Source: Nitrospirota bacterium (GTDB taxonomy: Bacteria; Nitrospirota; UBA9217). Taken from it: a stretch of DNA of 64,000 nt. A program made the translations under genes and the position numbers. The notes beneath the pieces are model-generated. The model did no database searches. It saw only the letters and a list, made by a program, of their open reading frames with translations, and was not told where the DNA came from. Positions 1 to 9,647 of the stretch are shown piece by piece. Position 1 is the stretch's first letter, and each line of letters starts with the position of its first letter. The stretch is taken from assembly GCA_963737155.1 (NCBI GenBank), contig CAVTRN010000002.1, positions 192,001 through 256,000 on the forward strand, read 5' to 3'.

Positions 1-486
1 ACTTTGACGAGCCCGGCTTCCTTGCAGAGCTTGAGCATCTGTTTGAACAGCCCCTCCAGTGCCTGGCCGTTGTCCTTCCGAAATCGGCTGATGGTGCAGT
101 GGTCCGGAACTTGGTTGGCGGCAATTACCTTGAATCCGATGTCCCGTTCGCAAAGCTTCTCGATCTCACGGGATGATCGGATACCGAGGCTGTAGGCATA
201 TAACAGCAGGGAGACCATCATTGACGGCTCAAAAGCTGCCTGGCCTTTTCCGTCCTGACGGTATTTTCGGTAGAATGCCGTAAGATCCATTTCTGCCACG
301 ACGTCAAGGACCATCCAAACAAGGTCCTTGGATGGCAGCCACTCCTGCAAGGTGGGCGGCATGAGATATACTTGATCTCGGTTACAGTCTTTGAAATTGT
401 AGGCCATCCAGCGTCTCCTTATATGCGTGATGACCAATACTATACTATTCGTATATTAATGTCAAATGATTTATGCAACAGGCTCA
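1..486 (-). mobile_element. IS1182-family element: left end and 5' part of transposase (ATG at 407, runs off window)
   Basis: Minus frame from 407 reads MAYNFKDCNRDQVYLMPPTLQEWLP...GQAAFEPSMMVSLLLYAYSLGIRSSREIEKLC...PDHCTISRFR (DUF772-type N-terminus). RBS AAGGAG at 415-420. End-like GAGCCTGTTGCATAA (minus, 471-485) coincides with truncation of the adjacent gene. Confidence 0.85.
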
Positions 487-779
487 TAAAGGGAGAATTT
501 TCTGAGACCCAACTTCTTCAGGAATTTCCCGACTACTTCCGCCAAATGATCAAAGGTATATGTGAAAGCATCCACACGCGGGCAAGAGCTGTTTCCGAAG
601 CCGGGATAGTCGGGCGCAATGAGATGAAAGTCGCTGGCAAGTTCCGTCATCAGATCTCTATACATGTGCGACGAAGAGGGAAAGCCGTGTAAAAGGACAA
701 TTACCGGGCTCTTGGATGGCCCAGCTTCGCGATAGAATATGTCTACATCCTCAATTTTGACCGTGTTATAGGTTGCCAT
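471..779 (-). pseudogene. alpha/beta hydrolase (epoxide hydrolase-like), truncated by the IS1182 insertion
   Basis: IFYREAG...LLHGFPSSSHMYRDL...IAPDYPGFGNS; breaks at FSLY|EPVA* just before the nucleophile motif, at the IS end. Confidence 0.85.
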
Positions 780-869
780 AAATTCTCCCTTTCTGAAAGG
801 GAATTTCCCCCCATGACGGTTTGCTGTTGTTCGGCCAACTGAGTGCCAAGAACGTTGCGAGTACACTGC

Positions 870-1352
870 TCATAATCTATTTTCCGCAAGCGTAGATTGT
901 CCCAGGCCTCTGCATACTTCACCAGGCGCCTTGTTTACAACCAACCAGCAAAGCTTAAGCTGTTTCACGGCTTCGACCAACCCGTCAAACCCCACTGGCT
1001 TTTGAATGTAACTGTTCACGCCCAGCTGGTAGCTCTCCACCCGGTCTTTGTCCTCTGTTGATGAGGTCAGAACAACGACCGGCAGATCTGTCGTTCTGGG
1101 GTCCGCACGTATGCGGTGCAACACTTCTATCCCGTCCATTTTAGGCATTCGGAGACCGAGCAGCACAATCTCCGGCATCTGGTTGATACCCCGTCCCGCG
1201 TACTTTCCTTTGCCGAAAAGATAATCGAGCGCTTCTTCCCCATCCTCCGCCACGATTACATCGTTTAATATATTGTTCTTCTTGATGGCGTGCAGGGTCA
1301 GGACCACATCGTCATCATTGTCTTCCACCAAAAGTATGATCCTGTTCTCCAT
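870..1352 (-). CDS. single-domain response regulator (Rcp-like) with the phospho-acceptor Asp replaced by Gly
   Basis: ILLVEDNDDD, LTSS and YIQKP motifs; LLGLRMPKMDG in place of LLDLxxP. Confidence 0.85.
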   Translation of the reverse strand: MENRIILLVEDNDDDVVLTLHAIKKNNILNDVIVAEDGEEALDYLFGKGKYAGRGINQMPEIVLLGLRMPKMDGIEVLHRIRADPRTTDLPVVVLTSSTEDKDRVESYQLGVNSYIQKPVGFDGLVEAVKQLKLCWLVVNKAPGEVCRGLGQSTLAENRL

Positions 1353-1701
1353 AGCGTTTTCCTTCACCCGTTCATTCTTACATAAGGCTTCCGTGCCTTA
1401 AATGTCTTTCATTACAAGGTGATCTTAAATCAAAAGAACCTTCAGAAATTCTGAACCATGCTTTTAAAATGAAACAATACAAATTTTCTCCTGTTTATAT
1501 ATATTGTAGCACGTGATAAGTCATAATAATATGAGCGAACAACATTCTAGCCGAAGCTAACTGCTTGTAAAATAAATATATCATGGCACGGTTGTCAATT
1601 ATTTCCTTTTTGGGTCCTCACAACCAGTTTAGACGGATTATTAGCCACTCTGCCGGCGGACTGGGATCATGAGAGGAAGTAAAAGCGTGCGTTACCGATT
1701 C

Positions 1702-1766
1702 CTTTATTGCAGTGTGAAGTAGAAGGTTGCGCCTTTGTTCACCTCACTCTCGGCACAAATAAGGCC
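1702..1766 (-). pseudogene. 3' remnant of a histidine kinase, near-identical to the tail of 46683-47894
   Basis: 65 nt match 46681-46745 with 3 mismatches; encodes GLICAESEVNKGATFYFTLQ*. Confidence 0.85.
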
Positions 1767-1971
1767 ATATTATACTGGTAGTGTGAAATACTGAAGATTG
1801 GAACGCATATCCGCGTAATACATGGATTATTTTCTTTACTAGCAAGGGGATAGAATCTATAATTATGCCGTAATTTTTTAAAGTTCTCTCAGAATAGGCA
1901 TTAGTGAAACAGACGGGTGGATTGGGGTCTATCGACCACTGACCTGTTAATAGCCGCGGAGGAAATATAAA

Positions 1972-4900
1972 TTGCATCCCGATCTCGATGACAGGCTTAT
2001 CCTTAAGCGCATATCAACATGGAGCCTCTCCGTAACATTGGGTATCAGCGTTGTATCTTTGCTGGCTTGGGTATCCGGTTTGCTGATTATAGCCAAGTTA
2101 GGTCATAATTACATTCCTATAGCTCCGAGTACTGCAGAGTGTTTCATCGTCCTAAGCGGTTCACTGCTCCTGTACGTTCGTCATCCAGAATACCCTTTTG
2201 CTCGGATGGCAGTACTATCTGGTGCAGGTCTCACGCTTTTGATTTGTTCAGTTCTCTTATTAGCTTTTTTTTGCGGGACGAGTACTGATATTGAACAATT
2301 AGGATTTACCTTCTCTGCCCAGCATGCAGCGTTCCCACTGGGTCGTATGTCCCCATTAACAGCAGCGGACTTCGTTGCGGCATCATCAGGCATTATATGT
2401 TTAGTCTTATCCACCAAAGGGAAGCGATATATGAAACAAGTCGCGGATTTTTTCGCGGCTATAGTGGGTTTTGTAGGGTTCACCATCAGCCTCGGTTATC
2501 TATACGGAACGCCTTTCCTGTACGGGGGAAACATAATACCGGTGGCCCTCCCCACCGCGATAACTTTCATACTTGTTGGCGTGGGTCTTTTAACCGCCTC
2601 CGAACCCGATGCGTCGGCTGTCGGCGTTTTCATGGGGCCAACAGTCCACAGCAGGCTGCTGCGGTCATTTCTGCCCACCATAATCGCATTGGTCCTGATT
2701 GACGACATCTTCTTGAAAATGACAATGTTTTCATCGAGCAATCCCGCGCTGATATCAGCATTGACCTCCCTCCTCTCCATCATTGTTTTTGGCGTTATTG
2801 TATCGAAAATCGCTTCATCGATCGGCGGTGAAATAGACCAGGTGCATAAGGAACGGGACAGGGCTGAAGCGGAGCTCAGGATCAGTGAGAAAAAATATCG
2901 TAATATATTTTCAAACGTCCAGGATGTCTTTTATCTGACGGACTTACAAGGGAACATTCTTGATATCAGTCCTTCTGTATTCAAATACTCCGGCTACACG
3001 CGTAAGGAGTTGCTGGGAAAATCGACTGGAAATTTCTACCATAATCCGCAAGATAGGGCTGTTATGCTGGATACACTCCAAAAAACCGGGGAGATCGTTG
3101 ATTTTGAGGTCCGAATGAAGTCAAAAGACGACCGGTTAGTAGTAGTTTCTGTAAATTCGCATTTATTATACGACGAATCTGGAAAACCCACTGGTATCGA
3201 AGGCTCTTTAAGAGACATCACCAGGCGTAAAACAATTGAGAGAAAGATTCAGAAATACTCTGATGACCTAGAACAATTACTATCTATTTCGCGCGAGATG
3301 ACATCTACAATAAATCTGAAGAAATTAAAGCGCTTTGCCATACTTGCATCAAAGGAGCTTCTACGACTGGACTTCTCAACGATGATGCTCCTCTCTGAAG
3401 ATACGACTCGAATGACATTTGAGGATTGCATAGGCTTTCCAGAAAGCATGATCGGTCAATTCAGTCGTGTGGAAGGGCAAGGCCTTTCCACCTACGTGAT
3501 AAAAAGTAAGAAATATGACGTGATGACCGACCCCAACGAAGAAAAGCGTTTTGAAGTGCCTGAACTCGTCAACAAATATAATATTCACTCCGCAATCTGC
3601 GTACCCATGATGATAGAGGATAATGTCTTCGGGGTCCTCATCGGGCACACGACTGCAAAACGGGAATTTTCACAAGAAGAAGTGATGCTGTACCAAAGCA
3701 TCGGCAACCAGAGTGCAATTGCAATAAAAAATGCCATGAACCTGGAAGCACTCAGGATAAGCGAAAAGAAGCTTCATGATATTACGTCACATATTGCTGA
3801 GGGACTTTATGTTATGGACCTTAGCAGGCAAATTACTTATATAAACAACGAAGCGCTTCGCCTCCTGGGGTGGACCCTTTCGGAGTTAAATGAAAAAGGG
3901 ATCCACGAACTGGTTCATTCACGAAAAGCGGATGGGACGCCGTATCCGGCCGAAGAATGCGGACTGCTTAGTGTTATCAAGACTGGTAAACGTTATGTGT
4001 CCTCCGACGAGGTGTTTTTGCGCAAAGACGCCGTTGCCTTCCCGGCGTTGGTTGTTTCCAGCCCGATTCTTGAGAACGGCCGAGTCGTGTCAGCCATCGT
4101 AGCGTTCAGAGATATTACGGAACAAAAAAAGAGTGAAGACGCTTTGCGGGAAAGCGAAAAACGGTTTCGCGCCCTCTTTGAAACAATGACAGAAGGAGTC
4201 GCACTTCATGAAATGATCTACAGTAAAAGTGGAGTAGCGACGGATTATCGTATCGTGGCGGTCAATCCGGCTTTTGAAATACATACCGGTTTGTCTGCCG
4301 GTCAAGCAATCGGTTCGCTTGCTAGTACTCTTTACGGAAATACCCCAACATACCTCGCAGAGTATGCCGCCGTAGCGAGCACTGAAAAGCCTCATCGTTT
4401 TGAAACCTTTAATGAGTCCCTGGGAAAGCATTTTCGGATTGAAGCATTTTCTCTCTCTAAGGATAAGTTCGTTACGATCTTCGAGGACATCACCGAACGG
4501 AAAAAAACGAACGATGAACTGAAACGTCTCAATGAGGTCCTTGCTCGTCAAGCGACAACAGATCCGCTGACTGGAATATCCAATCGGGCAAAATTCAGGG
4601 AAATTATGGAAATTGAAATAACTCGGTGCAGGCGGTTCTCACTACCCCTTTCGCTCATTATGTTTGATATCGATCATTTTAAGAAAGTAAACGACACTTA
4701 TGGACACAATACCGGCGATGACGTGCTTAGGGAACTTACGTCACTGGTATCAAAGCCGATACGACAGCATGACCTCTTCGCGCGGTGGGGAGGCGAGGAA
4801 TTTCTGATAATGGTCACAAATACCACAAAAAGCGGTGCAGCGATTTTCGCCGAAAAGCTGCGCCACTCGATTGAAACCTATAATTTCCCCGCGGTCAGCC

Positions 4901-5028
4901 GCGTTACGTGCAGTTTCGGCGTTGGCGAATTTGAAAGAGTCGACACCATCGATTCGTTCGTACAGAAAGTGGATGCAGCCTTGTATCGCGCAAAATCAGC
5001 AGGAAGGAACAGAGTGGAATCCGGCTGA
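1972..5028 (+). CDS. membrane-anchored PAS/GAF/PAS/PAS diguanylate cyclase
   Basis: About 8 N-terminal TM segments, PAS ends (RDIT, EDIT), GAF, TDPLTG...DIDHFK...RQHD (I-site)...RWGGEEF; RBS GGAGG before TTG. Confidence 0.93.
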   Translation: MHPDLDDRLILKRISTWSLSVTLGISVVSLLAWVSGLLIIAKLGHNYIPIAPSTAECFIVLSGSLLLYVRHPEYPFARMAVLSGAGLTLLICSVLLLAFFCGTSTDIEQLGFTFSAQHAAFPLGRMSPLTAADFVAASSGIICLVLSTKGKRYMKQVADFFAAIVGFVGFTISLGYLYGTPFLYGGNIIPVALPTAITFILVGVGLLTASEPDASAVGVFMGPTVHSRLLRSFLPTIIALVLIDDIFLKMTMFSSSNPALISALTSLLSIIVFGVIVSKIASSIGGEIDQVHKERDRAEAELRISEKKYRNIFSNVQDVFYLTDLQGNILDISPSVFKYSGYTRKELLGKSTGNFYHNPQDRAVMLDTLQKTGEIVDFEVRMKSKDDRLVVVSVNSHLLYDESGKPTGIEGSLRDITRRKTIERKIQKYSDDLEQLLSISREMTSTINLKKLKRFAILASKELLRLDFSTMMLLSEDTTRMTFEDCIGFPESMIGQFSRVEGQGLSTYVIKSKKYDVMTDPNEEKRFEVPELVNKYNIHSAICVPMMIEDNVFGVLIGHTTAKREFSQEEVMLYQSIGNQSAIAIKNAMNLEALRISEKKLHDITSHIAEGLYVMDLSRQITYINNEALRLLGWTLSELNEKGIHELVHSRKADGTPYPAEECGLLSVIKTGKRYVSSDEVFLRKDAVAFPALVVSSPILENGRVVSAIVAFRDITEQKKSEDALRESEKRFRALFETMTEGVALHEMIYSKSGVATDYRIVAVNPAFEIHTGLSAGQAIGSLASTLYGNTPTYLAEYAAVASTEKPHRFETFNESLGKHFRIEAFSLSKDKFVTIFEDITERKKTNDELKRLNEVLARQATTDPLTGISNRAKFREIMEIEITRCRRFSLPLSLIMFDIDHFKKVNDTYGHNTGDDVLRELTSLVSKPIRQHDLFARWGGEEFLIMVTNTTKSGAAIFAEKLRHSIETYNFPAVSRVTCSFGVGEFERVDTIDSFVQKVDAALYRAKSAGRNRVESG

Positions 5029-5319
5029 CACCCTGAAAGGCGCAGTAGTTAAACTTCTGGAAGAAAGACTCATCGCAAAGATCAGGACGATGTCGCGAGG
5101 AAAATAGTTGCTGAAAGAAATCTTTTTCACAAAATGCAATGATGCAAAATGAATTCTACATCTTCGCTAATATTATATGAATCGTTCATGAACTGACGTT
5201 CACAAGGGAAGATGTAAATTAGGCATAGATAGAGTGTTCCGCCATCAATATTCCAGGGCAGTTGTTTTTGATCAAGAGTGCTGCTACACTTGTCAAAAAG
5301 ACCCAAGGAGGATTGACCG

Positions 5320-5882
5320 ATGGACATTGTAGTAGAACGTGGAGCGGGTTTGGATGTACACCAGGAAACGGTAGTCGCAACTATTGATGGAGTGGGTATC
5401 AAAAAAGAGACGCGAACCTTCGGCACGGTAACCAACGAATTGTATCGACTGCGGGACTGGCTCAAGGAGAACGGCATCACCCACGTGGCGATGGAGAGCA
5501 CCGGGATTTACTGGAAACCGGTTTTTAATATTCTGGAAGAGGATTTTGAAGTAGTTTTGGTCAATGCCCGTCACAACCCATGGAAACAAAGCTTTAAGAA
5601 CAACGCTTACGGAATGCGGCTGGGCAGCCTCTCGAAAGAAAGATTGCTACTTTGAAAGCCAAGTACCATAGTTTTGTGGGACGCCGCGGAAAGAAACGAG
5701 CCTTGGTAGCCGTGGGTCATAAGATCCTCATCATGAGTTACGAGATGCTGAAGCACAAAACTCCGTATCGAGAGCTTGGCGCTGATTATCTTGATAAACG
5801 GAAGAAGGATAAGATAACGCGAAGCTATATCAAACGGCTTACCGCATTGGGGTACCAAGTGACTGTAAAACAAGTTGCGTAG
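5320..5882 (+). pseudogene. IS110-family transposase with large internal deletion and frameshift
   Basis: N-terminal GLDVHQ...AMESTGIYWKP...VNARH joins directly to C-terminal (other frames) HGNKALRTTLTECGWAASR / KKRALVAVGHKIL...YRELGADY. Confidence 0.88.
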
Positions 5883-6677
5883 GAGTTTTATAAGATCTCG
5901 TGATTGAAGTAAGATTTATGTGAGATATAGGTCGAGAGTTACTGGTGGTTACGACCCCGAATATGAAACTGACCAGGCCGGTTCTAAGCACAAAGGAATG
6001 TTGCCACGAGCACGCAGGTGAAATTTTTTATCTCAAACCGGCCACTCATTTATAATCTTGAGCAAATTGCGGGATTGTTGCATCGGGAATAGAACTACAA
6101 AGTGAAGACACATCAAAGACCTCACTGCTAAAAACGGAGAGGCTATGTCCAAGTTGTGTCTTAAGAAGAGGAGGATTTACAGGTGAAACTCGACTTCACC
6201 TACTGATGTGCAATGTCAAATTTAGTGATGTAGGCGAGAAATACAGCTTGAAACATGTATCGTCCTAAAACAGCGACACGGGACAGTTACGATGGCCAAA
6301 AGCCTACCGCGGTTATCCCGGGTCGGCGGGTTTGGAAAGGTTTAAACACAGTTTCTAATGTTTTTTTCACAGTGCATTTTTCTGTGCCTCGTGAAATTAT
6401 GCTCGAACGCGGCCATCTGAGAATGCCATCACTATCCCTTGAATTGCTTTTATTTCGTCTTCAATAGCGCCTTTTTCTTGCCCACGCCACCCGCATAGAA
6501 AACCGAGACAGGGAAACATACTTATCGCATCATCTCTGACAAGATAGACGAAAATCAGAAGAGAAGAGATGCACCCCTTGACTATCCTTTAAATAATATT
6601 AGGGAGGGAATCTTGCCATCACATGCCAATTCATATCGCTCGTCTCTGCTCAATCGAAAGACGAATTGAAATGAAAC

Positions 6678-6710
6678 GGGCCAGGCATCAACGATAGAGA
6701 TACCTGGCCC
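6678..6710 (-). terminator. hairpin, probable terminator of pstS
   Basis: GGGCCAGG...CCTGGCCC inverted repeat about 40 nt past the pstS stop. Confidence 0.55.
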
Positions 6711-6749
6711 ATATATTTCAAATTGCGGTATTGCTATGCATGCTCTTTA

Positions 6750-7757
6750 CTAGATACCGTTCGACTTCCAGTATGCTCTGATTTTGTTTTGCAGCACTTG
6801 CGGCAGGGGAACGTAAATCAGCTCTTTCGCCTTTGCTGATCCGTTTTGAAAGGCCCAGTCGTAGAATTTTACCACCTTTTTATTCGAGTCTTTTTTCTCC
6901 TTTGCAAGGAGAATGAAGGTCGCGCCTGCAATGGGCCATGCCTTCTTACCCGGGGCATTGGTAAGCATGTAGTAGAAATCATTCTTAGGATCGAACGTGC
7001 CCGTGGCGGCGGCATCTTCAAAAGTCTCCATGTTTGGTTCGACAACAGCGCCCGCTCCGTTCTTCATAAGAGTATAAGCCATATTGTTCTGTTTCGCATA
7101 GGCGAATTCCACATAACCAATCGAGTTTGCCTGCTGCAGAACGTAATTGGCAACGCCTTCGTTGCCCTTACCGCCTATTCCCACGGGCCAGCTCACGGAG
7201 GTGCCGGTCCCGACTTTTTCCTTCCACGTCGGGGAAACCTTGCATAGATAATCCGTAAAGATGGCGGTCGTTCCTGAACCATCGGAGCGATGAACAACGG
7301 TGATCTCGCTCGCCGGAAGGTTGAGGTTGGGGTTCAATCTCTTGATCTTCGGGTCGTTCCAGTTCTTGATCTCTCCTAGGTAGATTTTAGCGACCGCTTC
7401 TGAATCAAGTCTCATCGCTCCTGCTTTTATTCCATGGATATTGACCACGAGGACGTCCGCACCGATCACGGCCGGGAACTGGAACAGGTTGGCCTTGGAA
7501 AGTTCTTCCGGCGTGAGCGGCTTGTCGGAAGCGCCGAAGTCGACAGTCCGCTCTGTGATCTGCCGGATCCCACCGCCGGAGCCGATGGACTGGTAGTTCA
7601 GCTCAATGCCCGCTACCTTGTTGTACTCATTGGCCCATGCGGAATAAACCGGGTAAGGGAAGGTGGCCCCGGCGCCGTTCAGCATCTCAGCAGCCTGCGC
7701 CTGATTGATAGACATCATTCCGATAGCAAGTAGTGCGATTGTTAAAATTAGTTTCAT
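6750..7757 (-). CDS. pstS: phosphate ABC transporter substrate-binding protein (orphan)
   Basis: Signal peptide; GAGATFPYP, YQSIGSGGG, DFGASD, RSDGSGTT, GKGNEGV. Confidence 0.97.
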   Translation of the reverse strand: MKLILTIALLAIGMMSINQAQAAEMLNGAGATFPYPVYSAWANEYNKVAGIELNYQSIGSGGGIRQITERTVDFGASDKPLTPEELSKANLFQFPAVIGADVLVVNIHGIKAGAMRLDSEAVAKIYLGEIKNWNDPKIKRLNPNLNLPASEITVVHRSDGSGTTAIFTDYLCKVSPTWKEKVGTGTSVSWPVGIGGKGNEGVANYVLQQANSIGYVEFAYAKQNNMAYTLMKNGAGAVVEPNMETFEDAAATGTFDPKNDFYYMLTNAPGKKAWPIAGATFILLAKEKKDSNKKVVKFYDWAFQNGSAKAKELIYVPLPQVLQNKIRAYWKSNGI

Positions 7758-7807
7758 GTGTTTCCTCCTTTTTGTAGTTGGAACAAGTTATAATTTACAC
7801 CTCAACT

Positions 7808-7825
7808 GTTACAGAATTATTACAG
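7808..7825 (-). promoter_or_regulatory. Pho box upstream of pstS
   Basis: Minus strand CTGTAAT-AATT-CTGTAAC, an 11-bp-spaced heptamer repeat close to the CTGTCAT-N4-CTGTCAC consensus. Confidence 0.75.
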
Positions 7826-7859
7826 AATGATAGGCTTTTATTAAATGTTTGCCAATGGT

Positions 7860-7946
7860 CTGCCACGCCTATCAACACTTAAGAAGATTGCTCAGGCTCT
7901 GGACGCGGAACTTGTTATAACGCTGAAAGCAAAAAAGACTGCGTAA
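7860..7946 (+). pseudogene. C-terminal fragment of an XRE-family HTH protein or antitoxin
   Basis: LPRLSTLKKIAQALDAELVITLKAKKTA* with no start codon. Confidence 0.65.
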
Positions 7947-8139
7947 TAGCGTTGAGAAAACGATGATCGATGACCGTTACGGGAACACAGAAAAAAGCTG
8001 AAAGTTGATCTTAGCGCTCTGCCTAGGAGATTGACCTGAGTGGTGATATCGACGTATCAGCCTATTTCGATACAGAGAATGGCGGGATCCTAAGTATTCC
8101 AAAGGAGATTATAGTTGCTCTTGTTCTAAACCCTGCAAA

Positions 8140-8496
8140 TTATACTTTACGTCTAAGAGTTAATGAAAAGTTATGTAATCTCTTATCAAGGGTCCACAAG
8201 GGAACGCCCGTCAATATGGCCGAAGCAAGCAGATGTACGTCAATGTAAGCCAATCCCTTGCCCATAATATGGTGAATCTCGGTAAACTGTATAACCTCAT
8301 CATGCTCCGCAACAAGCGCTGTGGGAAGTGCGCTTAAAAGAGAGAGTATCTGAAATCGATTTTTCAGATTGCCACAGGCGAGTTCACCGACAACAAAGGG
8401 GTGGCAGACGACCTGCCCCTCGATCAATAGGGCATCTAAACCGATTTTCCCTCGCCGGAAATGTTCCAGCCAGACAGACGTATCGACGAGCACCAT
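8140..8496 (-). CDS. vapC: PIN-domain toxin
   Basis: MVLVDTSVW...VVGEL...IDVHLLASA...LWTLD. Confidence 0.92.
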   Translation of the reverse strand: MVLVDTSVWLEHFRRGKIGLDALLIEGQVVCHPFVVGELACGNLKNRFQILSLLSALPTALVAEHDEVIQFTEIHHIMGKGLAYIDVHLLASAILTGVPLWTLDKRLHNFSLTLRRKV

Positions 8497-8497
8497 A

Positions 8498-8695
8498 TTA
8501 CCTGCTCGCTGTTCGCCTGCGCGGTATTGTCCTCAACCACTTTTCAGTTCCGCCCAAACTGGAAAGCCTCTTCCCGTTTTCTATCGCGATCAGTGATTCA
8601 AGTCCGCGCCTGACGAGCGATGTTTTTTCGTTGATCCCGGTCAATTTTGAAGCCTTTTCAAGTAATTCGTCCTCGATATTTAGCGTTGTGCGCAT
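8498..8695 (-). CDS. vapB: VapB-family antitoxin
   Basis: MRTTLNIEDELLEKA...KTSLVRRGL; directly upstream of the PIN toxin. Confidence 0.9.
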   Translation of the reverse strand: MRTTLNIEDELLEKASKLTGINEKTSLVRRGLESLIAIENGKRLSSLGGTEKWLRTIPRRRTASR

Positions 8696-8797
8696 ATGTT
8701 TTCCTCTTCCGCCGGCATATGTTTATCTATATGTAATAATATGCATCAATAGTATGCTCTTGTCAAGATGTTTATTGTAGCTTGTAAAGCGTTATAC

Positions 8798-8826
8798 TTG
8801 ACATCCTCTTAAATCAGTCATATATT
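8798..8826 (+). promoter_or_regulatory. sigma70-type promoter of cynS
   Basis: TTGACA-17 nt-TATATT. Confidence 0.55.
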
Positions 8827-8895
8827 CGTGAATAGGAGGGCACGTGGGTTTAATGTCCAACGAGTCGTTAGGTTCAAACAGGAAGGAGAAAAGGA

Positions 8896-9336
8896 ATGAA
8901 GATTTCAGAAGTTACTAAAAAGCTGTTATTTGCCAAAAAGCAAAAAGGTTTGAGCTTTGCGGATCTGGAAAAGATTGTTGGCCATGATGAAGTCTGGATC
9001 GCCGCCCTTTTTTATGGCCAAGCAAGAGCCTCACAAGAAGAAGCAACGAGCATAGCAACTGCACTTGATCTTGGATCGGATATTGTCGAGGTGCTCACCG
9101 AGTTCCCCACAAAAGGATTAGGACCTGTAGTGCCTACTGACCCACTCATTTATCGCTTCTATGAAATCATGCAGGTTTATGGGATGCCTTTGAAAGCCGT
9201 GATTAACGAGAAATTCGGTGATGGGATTATGAGCGCTATTGACTTCACCTTAGATGTGGATAAAGAACACGATCCGAAAGGTGATCGGGTACGACTTATC
9301 ATGTCCGGTAAATTCTTGCCTTATAAGAAGTGGTAG
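8896..9336 (+). CDS. cynS: cyanate hydratase (cyanase)
   Basis: [11 protein letters not shown]...[13 protein letters not shown]...GKFLPY. Confidence 0.98.
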   Translation: MKISEVTKKLLFAKKQKGLSFADLEKIVGHDEVWIAALFYGQARASQEEATSIATALDLGSDIVEVLTEFPTKGLGPVVPTDPLIYRFYEIMQVYGMPLKAVINEKFGDGIMSAIDFTLDVDKEHDPKGDRVRLIMSGKFLPYKKW

Positions 9337-9647
9337 AGAGTCGCTTCCTGCAGCCAGAACAAATTACCTGTTTTAAGTCGGGCTAGCTTCTTCGCGGTCG
9401 CACATCGAAGCCAGCCGATTTGGATGCACACAGCAGTCCCGTTTTGTACTTTTTCATGAGAAGTGTAAATGTCAAAAACCAGGTATGTGTCAAAGCAGAA
9501 AGTATACATTCACCCGAGTGTTTTGGGGGTGATGGGGGTTCATGAAAGAGTGTAGGTAACCCCCTGGTTCATTCTTCAGAATTAATTTTTACAGTTTGCC
9601 CCAAATATCTTTAAGTGGTCCCACCACAACAACTCTCCGGAGGCCAT

